Below, piece by piece: positions 20,275 to 28,525 of a DNA stretch of 64,000 nt (positions are counted from its first letter, which is position 1; the number at the start of each line of letters is the position of its first letter). The notes beneath the pieces were generated by a model that saw only the letters and a list, made by a program, of their open reading frames with translations, was not told the DNA's origin and did not search any database. Source of the stretch: an uncultured Verrucomicrobiae bacterium (GTDB taxonomy: Bacteria > Verrucomicrobiota > Verrucomicrobiia > Chthoniobacterales > JAFAMB01); assembly GCA_963762565.1 (NCBI GenBank), contig CAVXLD010000007.1, forward strand, positions 512,001 through 576,000. The letters are read 5' to 3'. The translations under genes were made by a program, and so were the position numbers.

Positions 20275-20570
20275 ATGATTGTGATTGGTGATTAGTGACC
20301 GGTGATTTGTGGGGCAGGCCTAATTTGGTAGAGGCTCCCGAAAGACCGTGTGTTTCGCCAGGGGAAATCGACGGACACCAAATGAGTAGTGGGTTACTCC
20401 CTCGAAACGCGCCGAGCCGTGATCCAGCGCTCGACCACGGCTCGGCGCGCTTTTTGGTGTATCCGCATAGTTCGGCCAGGACAATCGGCTGCTTCGATTC
20501 AATTGCGCGGTCTTTCGGGAGCCTCGCCTCACCAAATTAGGCCACCGCCACCCACCAATCACCAATCACG
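20275..20570. repeat. GAGGCTCCCG-family element with GTGATTG heptamer arms
   Basis: ggcctaatttggt.gaggctcccgaaagaccg / cggtctttcgggagcctcgcctcaccaaattaggcc inverted repeat. Inner gcgccgagccgtg/cacggctcggcgc hairpin. Confidence 0.85.
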
Positions 20571-20578
20571 CTTCCGAC

Positions 20579-21421
20579 CTATCCTTGCACCGTAAGCTGG
20601 CGTTGTTCGCCCAAACGCTCGACCCCTAGTCTAACCACCTGACCTGGTTTCAAAAAGACGGGGGGTTTCATGGCCATACCCACACCCGGAGGAGTTCCAG
20701 TGGCGATGACATCGCCCGGGTTCAGAGTCATGATCCGGCTCAAATAACTCACCAGTATCGCAACGCTGAACACCATGGTTTTGGTGGTACCGGATTGCCG
20801 GCGGACACCATCAATTTCAAGCCAGAGCTGCAGATTCTGCGGATCTGGTACTTCGTCCTTAGTCACCAACCAGGGACCAATCGGTCCGAACGTATCGAAT
20901 CCCTTGCCTTTATCCCAGGTTGGTCCGCGCTCGATTTGGTACTCGCGTTCGGAGACATCATTCACGACGCAATAGCCCGCCACGTAATTCAACGCGTCCG
21001 TCTCGGATACCCGCTGCGCGGTTTGTCCAATGATCACACCTAGTTCGACTTCCCAATCCGTCTTGGTCGACCCTGGCGGAATTTGAATGTCATCGTTGCA
21101 ACCGTTGACGCAGGTAACCCATTTGTTGAACACGACCGGCTCTTTTGGAATAGCTGCACCGGTCTCTGCGGCGTGATCCGCGTAGTTGAGCCCAATCCCG
21201 ACAAATTTGCCGATAGCACCTACACAGGCACCAATTCTCGGTTCGCCGGGAACCGGCGGCAGCCCGGCAGGATCGATCGCCCGTAGCCGGGCCAGCGATT
21301 CGTCAGATAGAACCGGCCCCGCAACATCCGTTATCACAGCTGACAGATCTCGTATTTTACCGTCGTTATCGAGAAGTCCCGGCTTTTCCTGGCCCTTTGG
21401 CCCGTAGCGCAACAATTTCAT
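20579..21421 (-). CDS. Fumarylacetoacetate hydrolase family protein (2,4-diketo-3-deoxy-sugar acid hydrolase-like)
   Basis: GLNYADHAAE, DWEVELG, NDVSER, GKGFDTFGPIGP, TGTPPGVG. Start MKLLRYG. Confidence 0.93.
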   Translation of the reverse strand: MKLLRYGPKGQEKPGLLDNDGKIRDLSAVITDVAGPVLSDESLARLRAIDPAGLPPVPGEPRIGACVGAIGKFVGIGLNYADHAAETGAAIPKEPVVFNKWVTCVNGCNDDIQIPPGSTKTDWEVELGVIIGQTAQRVSETDALNYVAGYCVVNDVSEREYQIERGPTWDKGKGFDTFGPIGPWLVTKDEVPDPQNLQLWLEIDGVRRQSGTTKTMVFSVAILVSYLSRIMTLNPGDVIATGTPPGVGMAMKPPVFLKPGQVVRLGVERLGEQRQLTVQG

Positions 21422-21508
21422 GATAAGATTAAGAAAATTCGAGCGGCCTTCACGACCGCAGCATCGATTAGCGCGACGAGGGGAGAATAGCAAGCGCTGC
21501 GCGCATGA

Positions 21509-21771
21509 CCAATAGCCGATAGCCAATAGCCAAAGGGGATAGCAGCGGCGTGTGGGCGTATCGGCGTATCGGCGTTAGCGCGTAGCGACGTCGTATATGC
21601 CGCGTTAATGAAATCGTGTCGGGGTGGCACGGATGGGACCTATAGGACACATGGGACTTATAGGAGCCGTCTCATTAGTCCCATTTGTCCCATAAGTCCT
21701 ATCCGTGCCATCCCAAGGCGGTCTCATTCAGCCAGCGTACTCCACGTCGTTGCGCCCACACGCCTACACGC
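21509..21771. repeat. Nested repeats: AATAGCC heptamers, 8-mer GGCGTATC arms, inner 9-mer GGGACCTAT element (21625-21710)
   Basis: ggcgtgtgggcgtatcggcgtatcggcg ... cgcccacacgcctacacgcc encloses tggcacggatgggacctatagg ... cctatccgtgcca. Confidence 0.8.
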
Positions 21772-21772
21772 C

Positions 21773-22519
21773 TCATCCCGTCCATCCGCCGTCAATCACA
21801 TGAGTCTGTCCCGTGGTGAACCCGGACTCATCCGATGCCAGGTACACCGCCAGCGCCGCGATTTCTTCGGGGCGACCCAACCGGCTCATCGGTTGCCGGG
21901 CGACGAACACCTCGCGAACCTCGGTTTCCGTCTTACCTTCGGATTGAGCTTGGACCGCTATCCGTTGGGCAAGCGATGGGGAATCTACGGTGCCAGGACA
22001 AATCGCGTTGCAGCGAATCTTTTGCTTTAAAAAATCAGCAGCTATGGACTTGGTGAGTCCGACCACCGCCGCCTTGGTGACGCTATATACAAATCGGTTC
22101 GGAACACCTTTTATCGATCCAGCTACGGAAGACACATTAATAATCGAAGCGCCGCCGCGAGCGACCATGTCGGGAAGAAACGCTTTAGTCAGCCGAAACA
22201 TCGAACGGACGTTCAACGTCATAGCAAAATCCCAATCTTCTTCTGTGCATTCCAGGATAGACCCAGGATGAACGAATCCGGCGCAATTGACTAAGACATC
22301 CAGCGCGCCGATCTGGGCCGCACATTCCGCGATCTTGTCTGGTTTGGTAACGTCCAGGTAAAGAGGCTTTACGCCGGTTAGCTTGGCCAAGGCTTCCGCG
22401 TTGATATCGGCGGCGAATACTTGCGCTCCTTCTCTTACAAAGGCGTCTGCAGTTGCGCGTCCAATGCCTTGTGCCGCCGCTGTAACCAAAGCGATCTTAT
22501 TAGAAAGTCGTCCACTCAT
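21773..22519 (-). CDS. SDR oxidoreductase (2-keto-3-deoxy-L-fuconate dehydrogenase/BDH2-like)
   Basis: TAAAQGIG, NCAG.VH.G, YSVTK, NAICPGTVDSPSL. Co-oriented with the FAH hydrolase. Confidence 0.9.
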   Translation of the reverse strand: MSGRLSNKIALVTAAAQGIGRATADAFVREGAQVFAADINAEALAKLTGVKPLYLDVTKPDKIAECAAQIGALDVLVNCAGFVHPGSILECTEEDWDFAMTLNVRSMFRLTKAFLPDMVARGGASIINVSSVAGSIKGVPNRFVYSVTKAAVVGLTKSIAADFLKQKIRCNAICPGTVDSPSLAQRIAVQAQSEGKTETEVREVFVARQPMSRLGRPEEIAALAVYLASDESGFTTGQTHVIDGGWTG

Positions 22520-22522
22520 TAC

Positions 22523-22646
22523 GGTTTGTAGGTTCTAAGTTGTAGGTTCTAAGTTGCGGGTTCTAAGTTGCGGGTTCTAGGTCGGGTAGCGACCAACTTA
22601 AAACCTGCAACCTACAACCTAAAACTTAAAACCTATAACCTATAAC
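22523..22646. repeat. Inverted heptamer arrays (TAGGTTC/TAAGTTG vs AACCTA(A/C/T))
   Basis: About 8 units on the left, gtcgggtagcgac loop, about 7 complementary units on the right. Confidence 0.85.
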
Positions 22647-22666
22647 GCGGCGCGCTAGATAGCGGA

Positions 22667-23551
22667 TCACTGCAAGCAAGTCCCGACGGTTCGAGCAACA
22701 CTGGCGATCAAGCTTGCTTGATCTCGGTTGCTCGCGTGGGAATTAGAGATGAATACCGCGGCGACGACGAAACTCTTTGGGTCCGGCGCGATTAGAACTC
22801 CCACGTCATTAGTAGCGCTAGCAACGCCCTTCGAGGTGGTACCTGTGCCGGTCTTATGGGCTAGCAGCCAGCCGTTCGGTAGGCCCGCCTTTAGCCCGTC
22901 AGGAAAAGCGCGGGTCCTGCTCATCGTCTCGAGTAAGAATGACGAGGAAGACGGAGACAGGAGCCATCCGTTAACCAGCCGCTGTAAAAGGTTAGCGACC
23001 GCGATTGGCGTCCCGGTATCATGATGTCTAGCGGCAAAGGTTCGGGGGTCCGGTTCATTCCGATCGATTTTAAATCCCCGAATCCCTTTCTTAATTAGGA
23101 CGCTCTGGACGACGTCTGGGCCCCCCAAGCGTGTTATCAGAGAATCTGTCGCTGTGCTGTCGTTATCGGCAATCATGCGAGTCAGCAGATCCCGTATCGT
23201 CGTTTTAGAACTGGTGTGATCAGCCAACTGTGGCGGATTCTGACCAGCCGTGCCAGAAGTGTGCGGTTCGGTAGTGACGTGGTCGTCTAAATGGATTTTG
23301 CTATTGTCGACGACATCCAGTACCGCCACCGCGACGGGGAGTTCAACTACGTTGTAAAGAGGGAACTGATCGCCTCCGTGCAAAGACGCGCCCTTTTGGC
23401 CATCGGAAACACAAATGCCAATTCGGCCGCTAACCCCGGCAGTGAGGATCTGGATTTCGGTATTCAGACAGATCGTGTTCAAGGATGCGGCTAGAGCGAA
23501 ACCGGGCGTGAGATTTAAACAGACTAACAGCAAAACGGAGGACAACCTCAT
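22667..23551 (-). CDS. Class A beta-lactamase-fold protein, catalytic motifs degenerate
   Basis: Signal peptide. FPLYNVVELP replaces FPxxSxxK and DNDSTA replaces SDN. DRNE, HKTGTG and NDVG are retained. Confidence 0.85.
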   Translation of the reverse strand: MRLSSVLLLVCLNLTPGFALAASLNTICLNTEIQILTAGVSGRIGICVSDGQKGASLHGGDQFPLYNVVELPVAVAVLDVVDNSKIHLDDHVTTEPHTSGTAGQNPPQLADHTSSKTTIRDLLTRMIADNDSTATDSLITRLGGPDVVQSVLIKKGIRGFKIDRNEPDPRTFAARHHDTGTPIAVANLLQRLVNGWLLSPSSSSFLLETMSRTRAFPDGLKAGLPNGWLLAHKTGTGTTSKGVASATNDVGVLIAPDPKSFVVAAVFISNSHASNRDQASLIASVARTVGTCLQ

Positions 23552-23656
23552 AAGCAGACTGCGTGTAAGCTGTTTATGCCAACTCGTCTAGGCTTATGTC
23601 GAGACCGTGTCGAGGACAGCGGCTTCCGGTTGGGAGGCCAAAAATCAGACCAGACA

Positions 23657-23753
23657 TCACAATACGGAAAGGTCACGAAGGACACAAAGACTGAACCTAC
23701 GATGTCATCTTCAGTTTCAGTCTTCGTGTCCTTTGTGGTCTTTACCTATTGTG
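23657..23753. repeat. Gene-less CACAAAG palindromic element
   Basis: tcacaatacggaaaggtcacgaaggacacaaagactgaa ... ttcagtcttcgtgtcctttgtggtctttacctattgtg. Confidence 0.88.
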
Positions 23754-23932
23754 GATCTTCCGTTCTCAGCAGCGGCCCCCGGTTGGGAGCTAAAATCAAA
23801 CCAGAGATGGGAGCCTCACCCCACCAAAAACCATTCAGCGTTTCCGCAACGCGGTTTAACGACCGGTGGAACCGCTTGGCAGACTCGGCTTGCCTGTGGC
23901 AACCAGCACCCTATCGTGTACATTCAATTTTT

Positions 23933-25081
23933 GTGAGCGAAAGGGCAGCGAAACGTTCGTTCGGGTTGCCGGATTGGTTACAATCCAGTCTGGAGAACCC
24001 GCTGCTGGGGATTGATCACCAGCGGCCAGTATTGGGCCATCCTATCTATTGGGTTTGCCAGCTCGGCGGCTGGGGCAGCCTTTTCGTTTTGATGGGGATC
24101 GGGTTTCTTAACGATCCATTTCAAAGGGCGCACGCGGTCGCTGTAGCCGACCAATTTATCTTTTCCATTTTTGGCCTCCTCTTCACCCACACGTTTCGAG
24201 CGCTCTACCACTTGAGGAATTGGAAAAATCTTCGTGGAACGACCTTCGCCCCAAAAGTGGCGCTGAGTTGTCTGATATTTGCGATTCTAGAAACGTTGGT
24301 CACTCATTTCGCCGTGTTCTGTTTCGTGGGCGTGCCCTCTGATACCAATCATGTATTTTCCGGACGTCTCATTTTCGGGTCTATTCAGAACACGCTTACC
24401 TTAGTCGCCTGGACTGCTCTTTATCTGGGATATCAATATCAGCGCGAGCTTCAAGAAGAGCGAATTAACCGGATCCTATTAGATGCGGAGCTTAAGGAAG
24501 CGCAGCTCCAGAGGCTCAGGAGTCAGATTAACCCGCACTTTCTATTTAACAGTTTGAATACCATTAGAGCAATTGCCGGCGTAGACGCCGAGCTCACGCG
24601 CGAAGCGGTTACCCGACTTGCGGAATTAATGCGGGCTGCTCTTGAGAGTTCAGAGGAAAAGGTGGTGACCTTTAGCGAGGAACTCCGCATTGTGGAAGCC
24701 TATCTGGGTCTTGAACAGCTGCGACACCGCGACCGGCTGATAATTGAAGCCTCGATCAACGAGGAATTGTTAAACGTGGCGGTGCCACCTTTGATCTGCC
24801 AAACGCTGGTAGAAAATGCATTGAAACACGGTGCGCATGCCAGTAATCAGCCCGGCACGGTGAAGTACACATTGACCGGCGACCAGAAGAATATCCGGTT
24901 TGAGGTGCGCAATCCCGGGTCGCTCAAGGCTCTGCCCCGCACGAATGGTACCGGCTTAGTAAACGCTAAAAGGCGGCTCCAACTGATCTACGGGCGAAAA
25001 GCTGCGCTGAATTTGCGAATGACAGACGCGGGCGAAGTCGCCGCTGAACTGGTGTTACCGAGGGTTGTTAGCGCATCATGA
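23933..25081 (+). CDS. LytS/YehU-type membrane histidine kinase
   Basis: Four TM helices, QINPHFLFNSLN, QTLVENALKHG, GTGL.N. Probable GTG start at 23933. Confidence 0.92.
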   Translation: MSERAAKRSFGLPDWLQSSLENPLLGIDHQRPVLGHPIYWVCQLGGWGSLFVLMGIGFLNDPFQRAHAVAVADQFIFSIFGLLFTHTFRALYHLRNWKNLRGTTFAPKVALSCLIFAILETLVTHFAVFCFVGVPSDTNHVFSGRLIFGSIQNTLTLVAWTALYLGYQYQRELQEERINRILLDAELKEAQLQRLRSQINPHFLFNSLNTIRAIAGVDAELTREAVTRLAELMRAALESSEEKVVTFSEELRIVEAYLGLEQLRHRDRLIIEASINEELLNVAVPPLICQTLVENALKHGAHASNQPGTVKYTLTGDQKNIRFEVRNPGSLKALPRTNGTGLVNAKRRLQLIYGRKAALNLRMTDAGEVAAELVLPRVVSAS

Positions 25082-25788
25082 AAGCGTTGATTGTTGATGA
25101 CGAACCTTGGGCCCGCTTCGAGATGGAGCGCTTGCTGGCTCCGTATAACTGGTTAACCATCGTCGGGCAAGCGGCTAGTGCGTCCGAAGCGATTGATTAT
25201 CTGCAGCGGGAGGAGTTGGATGCCGTGTTTCTTGACATACAAATGCGAGAAGGTGACGGGTTCTCCGTTTTGCCCAGCCTGCCTACACCGGCCCCGAAGA
25301 TCATTTTTACAACTGCTTACAGCAACTTTGCCGTCCGTGCATTCGAGGTTAATGCGCTGGATTATTTGTTAAAGCCGATCGCGCCGGATCGGTTAGCTAA
25401 AGCGATGAACCGGCTAAAAGAGCCCGAGCAAGAACCTAGAGTCGAACGAAATCTCGAGCCGGACGACCACATATTTGTTCAAGATGCGGGAGCTTGTTGG
25501 TTTGTTCCCGTGCGTAACATTCGGCTGCTCGAAGTCGATGGCGATTATACCAGGGTTTATTTTGGGCAACACGCGCCTTTGATTCATCGCACGGCTAGCG
25601 CTCTGGAGAATCGACTACCCAGTAGCCTGTTCTTTCGAGCTAACCGTAAGAACATTGTTAACCTAGCCTTTGTCGAATCGGTAACGCCCTGGTTTAGCCA
25701 AACGCTGAAGCTTACCCTAAAGGGCGGCGGAGAAGTAGAAATCTCTCGCCGAGCGACCCAAGCGCTGCGGAGAAAGTTAAGTTTGTAG
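25078..25788 (+). CDS. LytTR family response regulator
   Basis: IVDDE, FLDIQM, FTTAY, DYLLKP, FFRANRK.IVN. ATGA overlap with the kinase. Confidence 0.95.
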   Translation: MKALIVDDEPWARFEMERLLAPYNWLTIVGQAASASEAIDYLQREELDAVFLDIQMREGDGFSVLPSLPTPAPKIIFTTAYSNFAVRAFEVNALDYLLKPIAPDRLAKAMNRLKEPEQEPRVERNLEPDDHIFVQDAGACWFVPVRNIRLLEVDGDYTRVYFGQHAPLIHRTASALENRLPSSLFFRANRKNIVNLAFVESVTPWFSQTLKLTLKGGGEVEISRRATQALRRKLSL

Positions 25789-25806
25789 CGAGTGGCCCAT
25801 CGCCCA

Positions 25807-25927
25807 GGAGGGATCGCGTCCTCGCGAACAGTTGCTACAGAAGCCGAGAACCTGCTGTAATCGCAGACGAAAATAGACCGTTGGGTTGTGGGCCATCCTC
25901 GCGGCGCGCGGGGACGCGCGCCCTCCC
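25807..25927. repeat. REPIN-like pair (GGAGGG..CGCGTCCTCGCG)
   Basis: ggagggatcgcgtcctcgcg ... cgcggggacgcgcgccctcc. Inverted sister copy at 43656-43779. Confidence 0.8.
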
Positions 25928-26129
25928 CGAACTACAGCTCGGCTGACAATCCTGCCTCCGTTCGCTGGTCCCTCTAAGCCGTTCGTCGAAAGCAGTTAGC
26001 TTTCAATTCGATATTGAGTCATTAACTGCCCGTCAGTTACGAGGAAAGAAGTCGAGTACAACTGGACGCGATTGGACAAGGATGTCATCTAACCGCACCG
26101 GATGGGTGTTCCCGTCCGGTGCGTCTTAA

Positions 26130-26260
26130 GAGGAGTTCAGGAGTTGCAGGAGTTCAGGAGTTCAGGAGCCACCGTATAGAGCACGGGCTAATTAAGTATC
26201 CAACCCGGTTGAAGACGGTTTTGCCTTGCAATTTTCTGATCCGGCCCACCCTGAACTCCT
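26130..26260. repeat. 8-mer AGGAGTTC-armed element
   Basis: aggagttcaggagttgcaggagttcaggagttcaggag ... cctgaactcct. Confidence 0.65.
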
Positions 26261-26265
26261 ACCAA

Positions 26266-26769
26266 TCACACCGCCCCTTCCTGTGTTGCGATGTTGCGGG
26301 TGGCTTGTTCCAATCGGAGTCGGTCCAGCTTATCAAAAGACAAATTGCAAAGAAGATCGACGCGCCGGTAGATCAGCTGCGACACTTTCCAGAAATGGTT
26401 GAAGGTGTCTCTTTCTGAACCGGAAAAATGTTCGGGATCCGGAGTGGACCAATGAGCGATGATTGGAGTACCGGTCCAAGTCCACGGTGGGACCTGGCCT
26501 TTCGCGTGTTCCGAGCTGGTAATGATTAAATCGAAAGATGCGTCTTTAAATTCGTCCCATGACTTGGGTCGAGCATCGGACGCATCGACCTTGTAAAGCT
26601 CGTTAAGTACACGGATCACAAAGGGATTGATCGTGGTCTCTGGATTTATCCCCGCACTGAAAGGCGTAAATTTTCCTTTGCTGAGTTTACGAATGAGATA
26701 TTCCGCGAAAATGCTGCGGGCGGTATTCCCCGCGCCGAGGAAGAGGATCTTTAGAGAAGGAGGTGTCAC
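26266..26769 (-). CDS. ArsC/LMW-PTP-fold protein lacking the catalytic cysteines
   Basis: ILFLGAGNTARSIFAE (P-loop Cys replaced by Gly), FSAG..P, RPKSWDEF, IITSSEHA...VP, AHW..PDP. Probable GTG start. Confidence 0.85.
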   Translation of the reverse strand: MTPPSLKILFLGAGNTARSIFAEYLIRKLSKGKFTPFSAGINPETTINPFVIRVLNELYKVDASDARPKSWDEFKDASFDLIITSSEHAKGQVPPWTWTGTPIIAHWSTPDPEHFSGSERDTFNHFWKVSQLIYRRVDLLCNLSFDKLDRLRLEQATRNIATQEGAV

Positions 26770-26860
26770 GGTGAACTCCGGTTGGTGCTCTGGAGGCAGC
26801 TGTTTAGCGAAAAACAGCTTAATGGCCGGAACCAGCTTATAACAGAACAAACGGCCGGAG

Positions 26861-26966
26861 AAATGACAAATGACAAATGACAAATTGTTGCGGTACCCGT
26901 TGCGCGTACCGCCTAGATCCCCGCGCTTCTCGGCGGATCTGTCATTTGTAATCTGTTATTTGTCAT
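26861..26966. repeat. TGACAAA heptamer-armed element
   Basis: aaatgacaaatgacaaatgacaaat ... tgtcatttgtaatctgttatttgtcat. Confidence 0.85.
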
Positions 26967-26989
26967 ACACCGGTTGGGGTCAACCGGTG

Positions 26990-28267
26990 TCATAGCGCCA
27001 ACTGACTCCAATACGTCACCTGGTCGCGATGATTGGCGATGAATCTCACCGCGCCGTCTTGAGAAACCACTACGGCAAGATATTCGGGGAAATCACGGCA
27101 GAGCCGATAGGCCGTGCGATGTCGGGTGCCGGCGTGTTCCGCCGATTCTGGAATTGTGACGCTGGCTTCAAGATCCATGGCCCGATAGACGATTTCGTTC
27201 TCAATTCCCGGAACTCGGATTTCTACTCCGTAAGCGAGAACCATAAATTGCGGATCTAATAGCAAACAGCCGTCGACAGCGGCCATGTCTGCTAACCAGC
27301 CGGCGATGTCCAGATAGCTAGACGAGAAGCTATAGGGAATCTCGTCGTTCCATTTTAGAAACTCGAGCCAGCCCACCGAGTCTACCTTTTTTTTCCGGGC
27401 GATCGCAGTGACGCGAGAGAACAAGCCATCCACTAGACTCAGGTAACCGGTGGACGATTCATCCACCTCTACCCGATATTTTGCGGTCAGCGCGCCGCCT
27501 GGCTCTAGTAACTGCTCTGAAAGTGGCCTCGGTCCGATCACCAACGTGCCTCCTAGCCGCCGATCCCGAATTATCCGAATCACCCGGCGAAAGAAGCTGA
27601 CATCGAGAATTTCTCGCAAATCCGAACGGAAAGTGACGCCGTCGGGTGGCTGGGCTGCAGGGCTCTTAACGCTATCGGGCGCAGAGGCCCTGAGATGGCG
27701 TTGCATCCAGTTTGTCGAAAAAACATTAAAAACGTGTTCTTCGATCCGACCATTCATCAGAGTCGCGAACCGCTCCGCTCCGAGGTGAACAACCAGATTT
27801 CCCGGAGCACGAACGTGAATGATCATCCATTCCGGGATTGGATGAATCATCCCGGGCAAATCGGCGTGCAGGTCCCGGGACCACTCACCGGTGTTGATCA
27901 TTGCCGAAATTTGAAAGCCGCGCCCTTCAGACCAAGTAACAGCGAGAACCGACCGATAGAAGGTCACCGACGGGCTTAGCCGGCGAATCTCCTGTTCGTC
28001 ATAGGGGCGAGCCCGGCTAAGGTTCAACACCCGGAATGAATACGGAGCGAGTACGCCTGGGTCGAGGTCCGTCTCCGGGCAAAGAGCGATCCGGCAGGTT
28101 ACCTGACGTCCTTCCTCGTGGAGCAAGCTCGCCTGGTAGGCGACACTGAGAACCCGGGCTAAAGCGTCCCGGGAATCGATGCCGAATCGATAATTCCCCT
28201 TTGCGACCCAAGTCGGCCAGAGTTGTCTGGCTAAGAGGTCCGGGTAGCTGTGGCTCCTAAGCTCCAT
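26990..28267 (-). CDS. Diadenylate cyclase (DisA_N/DAC) domain protein with N-terminal putative sensor domain (DACNV-like)
   Basis: VAYQASLLHEEGRQV N-terminal motif. C-terminal LGGTLVI, AAVDGCLLL, GTRHRTAYR, VVVSQDG.V. Confidence 0.8.
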   Translation of the reverse strand: MELRSHSYPDLLARQLWPTWVAKGNYRFGIDSRDALARVLSVAYQASLLHEEGRQVTCRIALCPETDLDPGVLAPYSFRVLNLSRARPYDEQEIRRLSPSVTFYRSVLAVTWSEGRGFQISAMINTGEWSRDLHADLPGMIHPIPEWMIIHVRAPGNLVVHLGAERFATLMNGRIEEHVFNVFSTNWMQRHLRASAPDSVKSPAAQPPDGVTFRSDLREILDVSFFRRVIRIIRDRRLGGTLVIGPRPLSEQLLEPGGALTAKYRVEVDESSTGYLSLVDGLFSRVTAIARKKKVDSVGWLEFLKWNDEIPYSFSSSYLDIAGWLADMAAVDGCLLLDPQFMVLAYGVEIRVPGIENEIVYRAMDLEASVTIPESAEHAGTRHRTAYRLCRDFPEYLAVVVSQDGAVRFIANHRDQVTYWSQLAL

Positions 28268-28325
28268 GGTAAAAACATGTGCCTCAAGTATTCGCTGCTG
28301 GCAAACTCGCCTGCGGCTCGTTTGC

Positions 28326-28424
28326 ATGACAAATGACAAATGACAGATGACAGACTTCGGAACCTACGCACGGCGATTTTCGTCTGTTCTTCAATTTGTC
28401 ATCTGTCATGTGTCATTTGTCATT
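28326..28424. repeat. TGACAAA heptamer-armed element
   Basis: atgacaaatgacaaatgacagatgacag ... tttgtcatctgtcatgtgtcatttgtcatt. Confidence 0.85.
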
Positions 28425-28452
28425 CGGAACGAGCCTCAGGCGAGTTCCGTCA

Positions 28453-28480
28453 CCTTTCACGCTTGTAATGTTCGGGCAAG
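28453..28480 (+). promoter_or_regulatory. Conserved upstream motif of degP copy 1
   Basis: CCTTTCACGCTTGTAATGTTCGGGCAAG, 27/28 identical to 30933-30960 and the same distance from the ATG. Confidence 0.7.
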
Positions 28481-28525
28481 GGTCATGAAAACTGAGATCG
28501 TCCAGTCTGGTGCCAGATTCACACC

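Noticed and set aside
3079..23551. Beta-lactam resistance genes
   Set aside because: The two AmpC-like proteins lack signal peptides and belong to the broad serine hydrolase family. The class A-like protein lacks the catalytic Ser/Lys.
8787..23753. CACAATACGGAAAG repeats as a CRISPR array
   Set aside because: Copies are dispersed inverted pairs between genes, not regularly spaced direct repeats with unique spacers. No cas genes are present.
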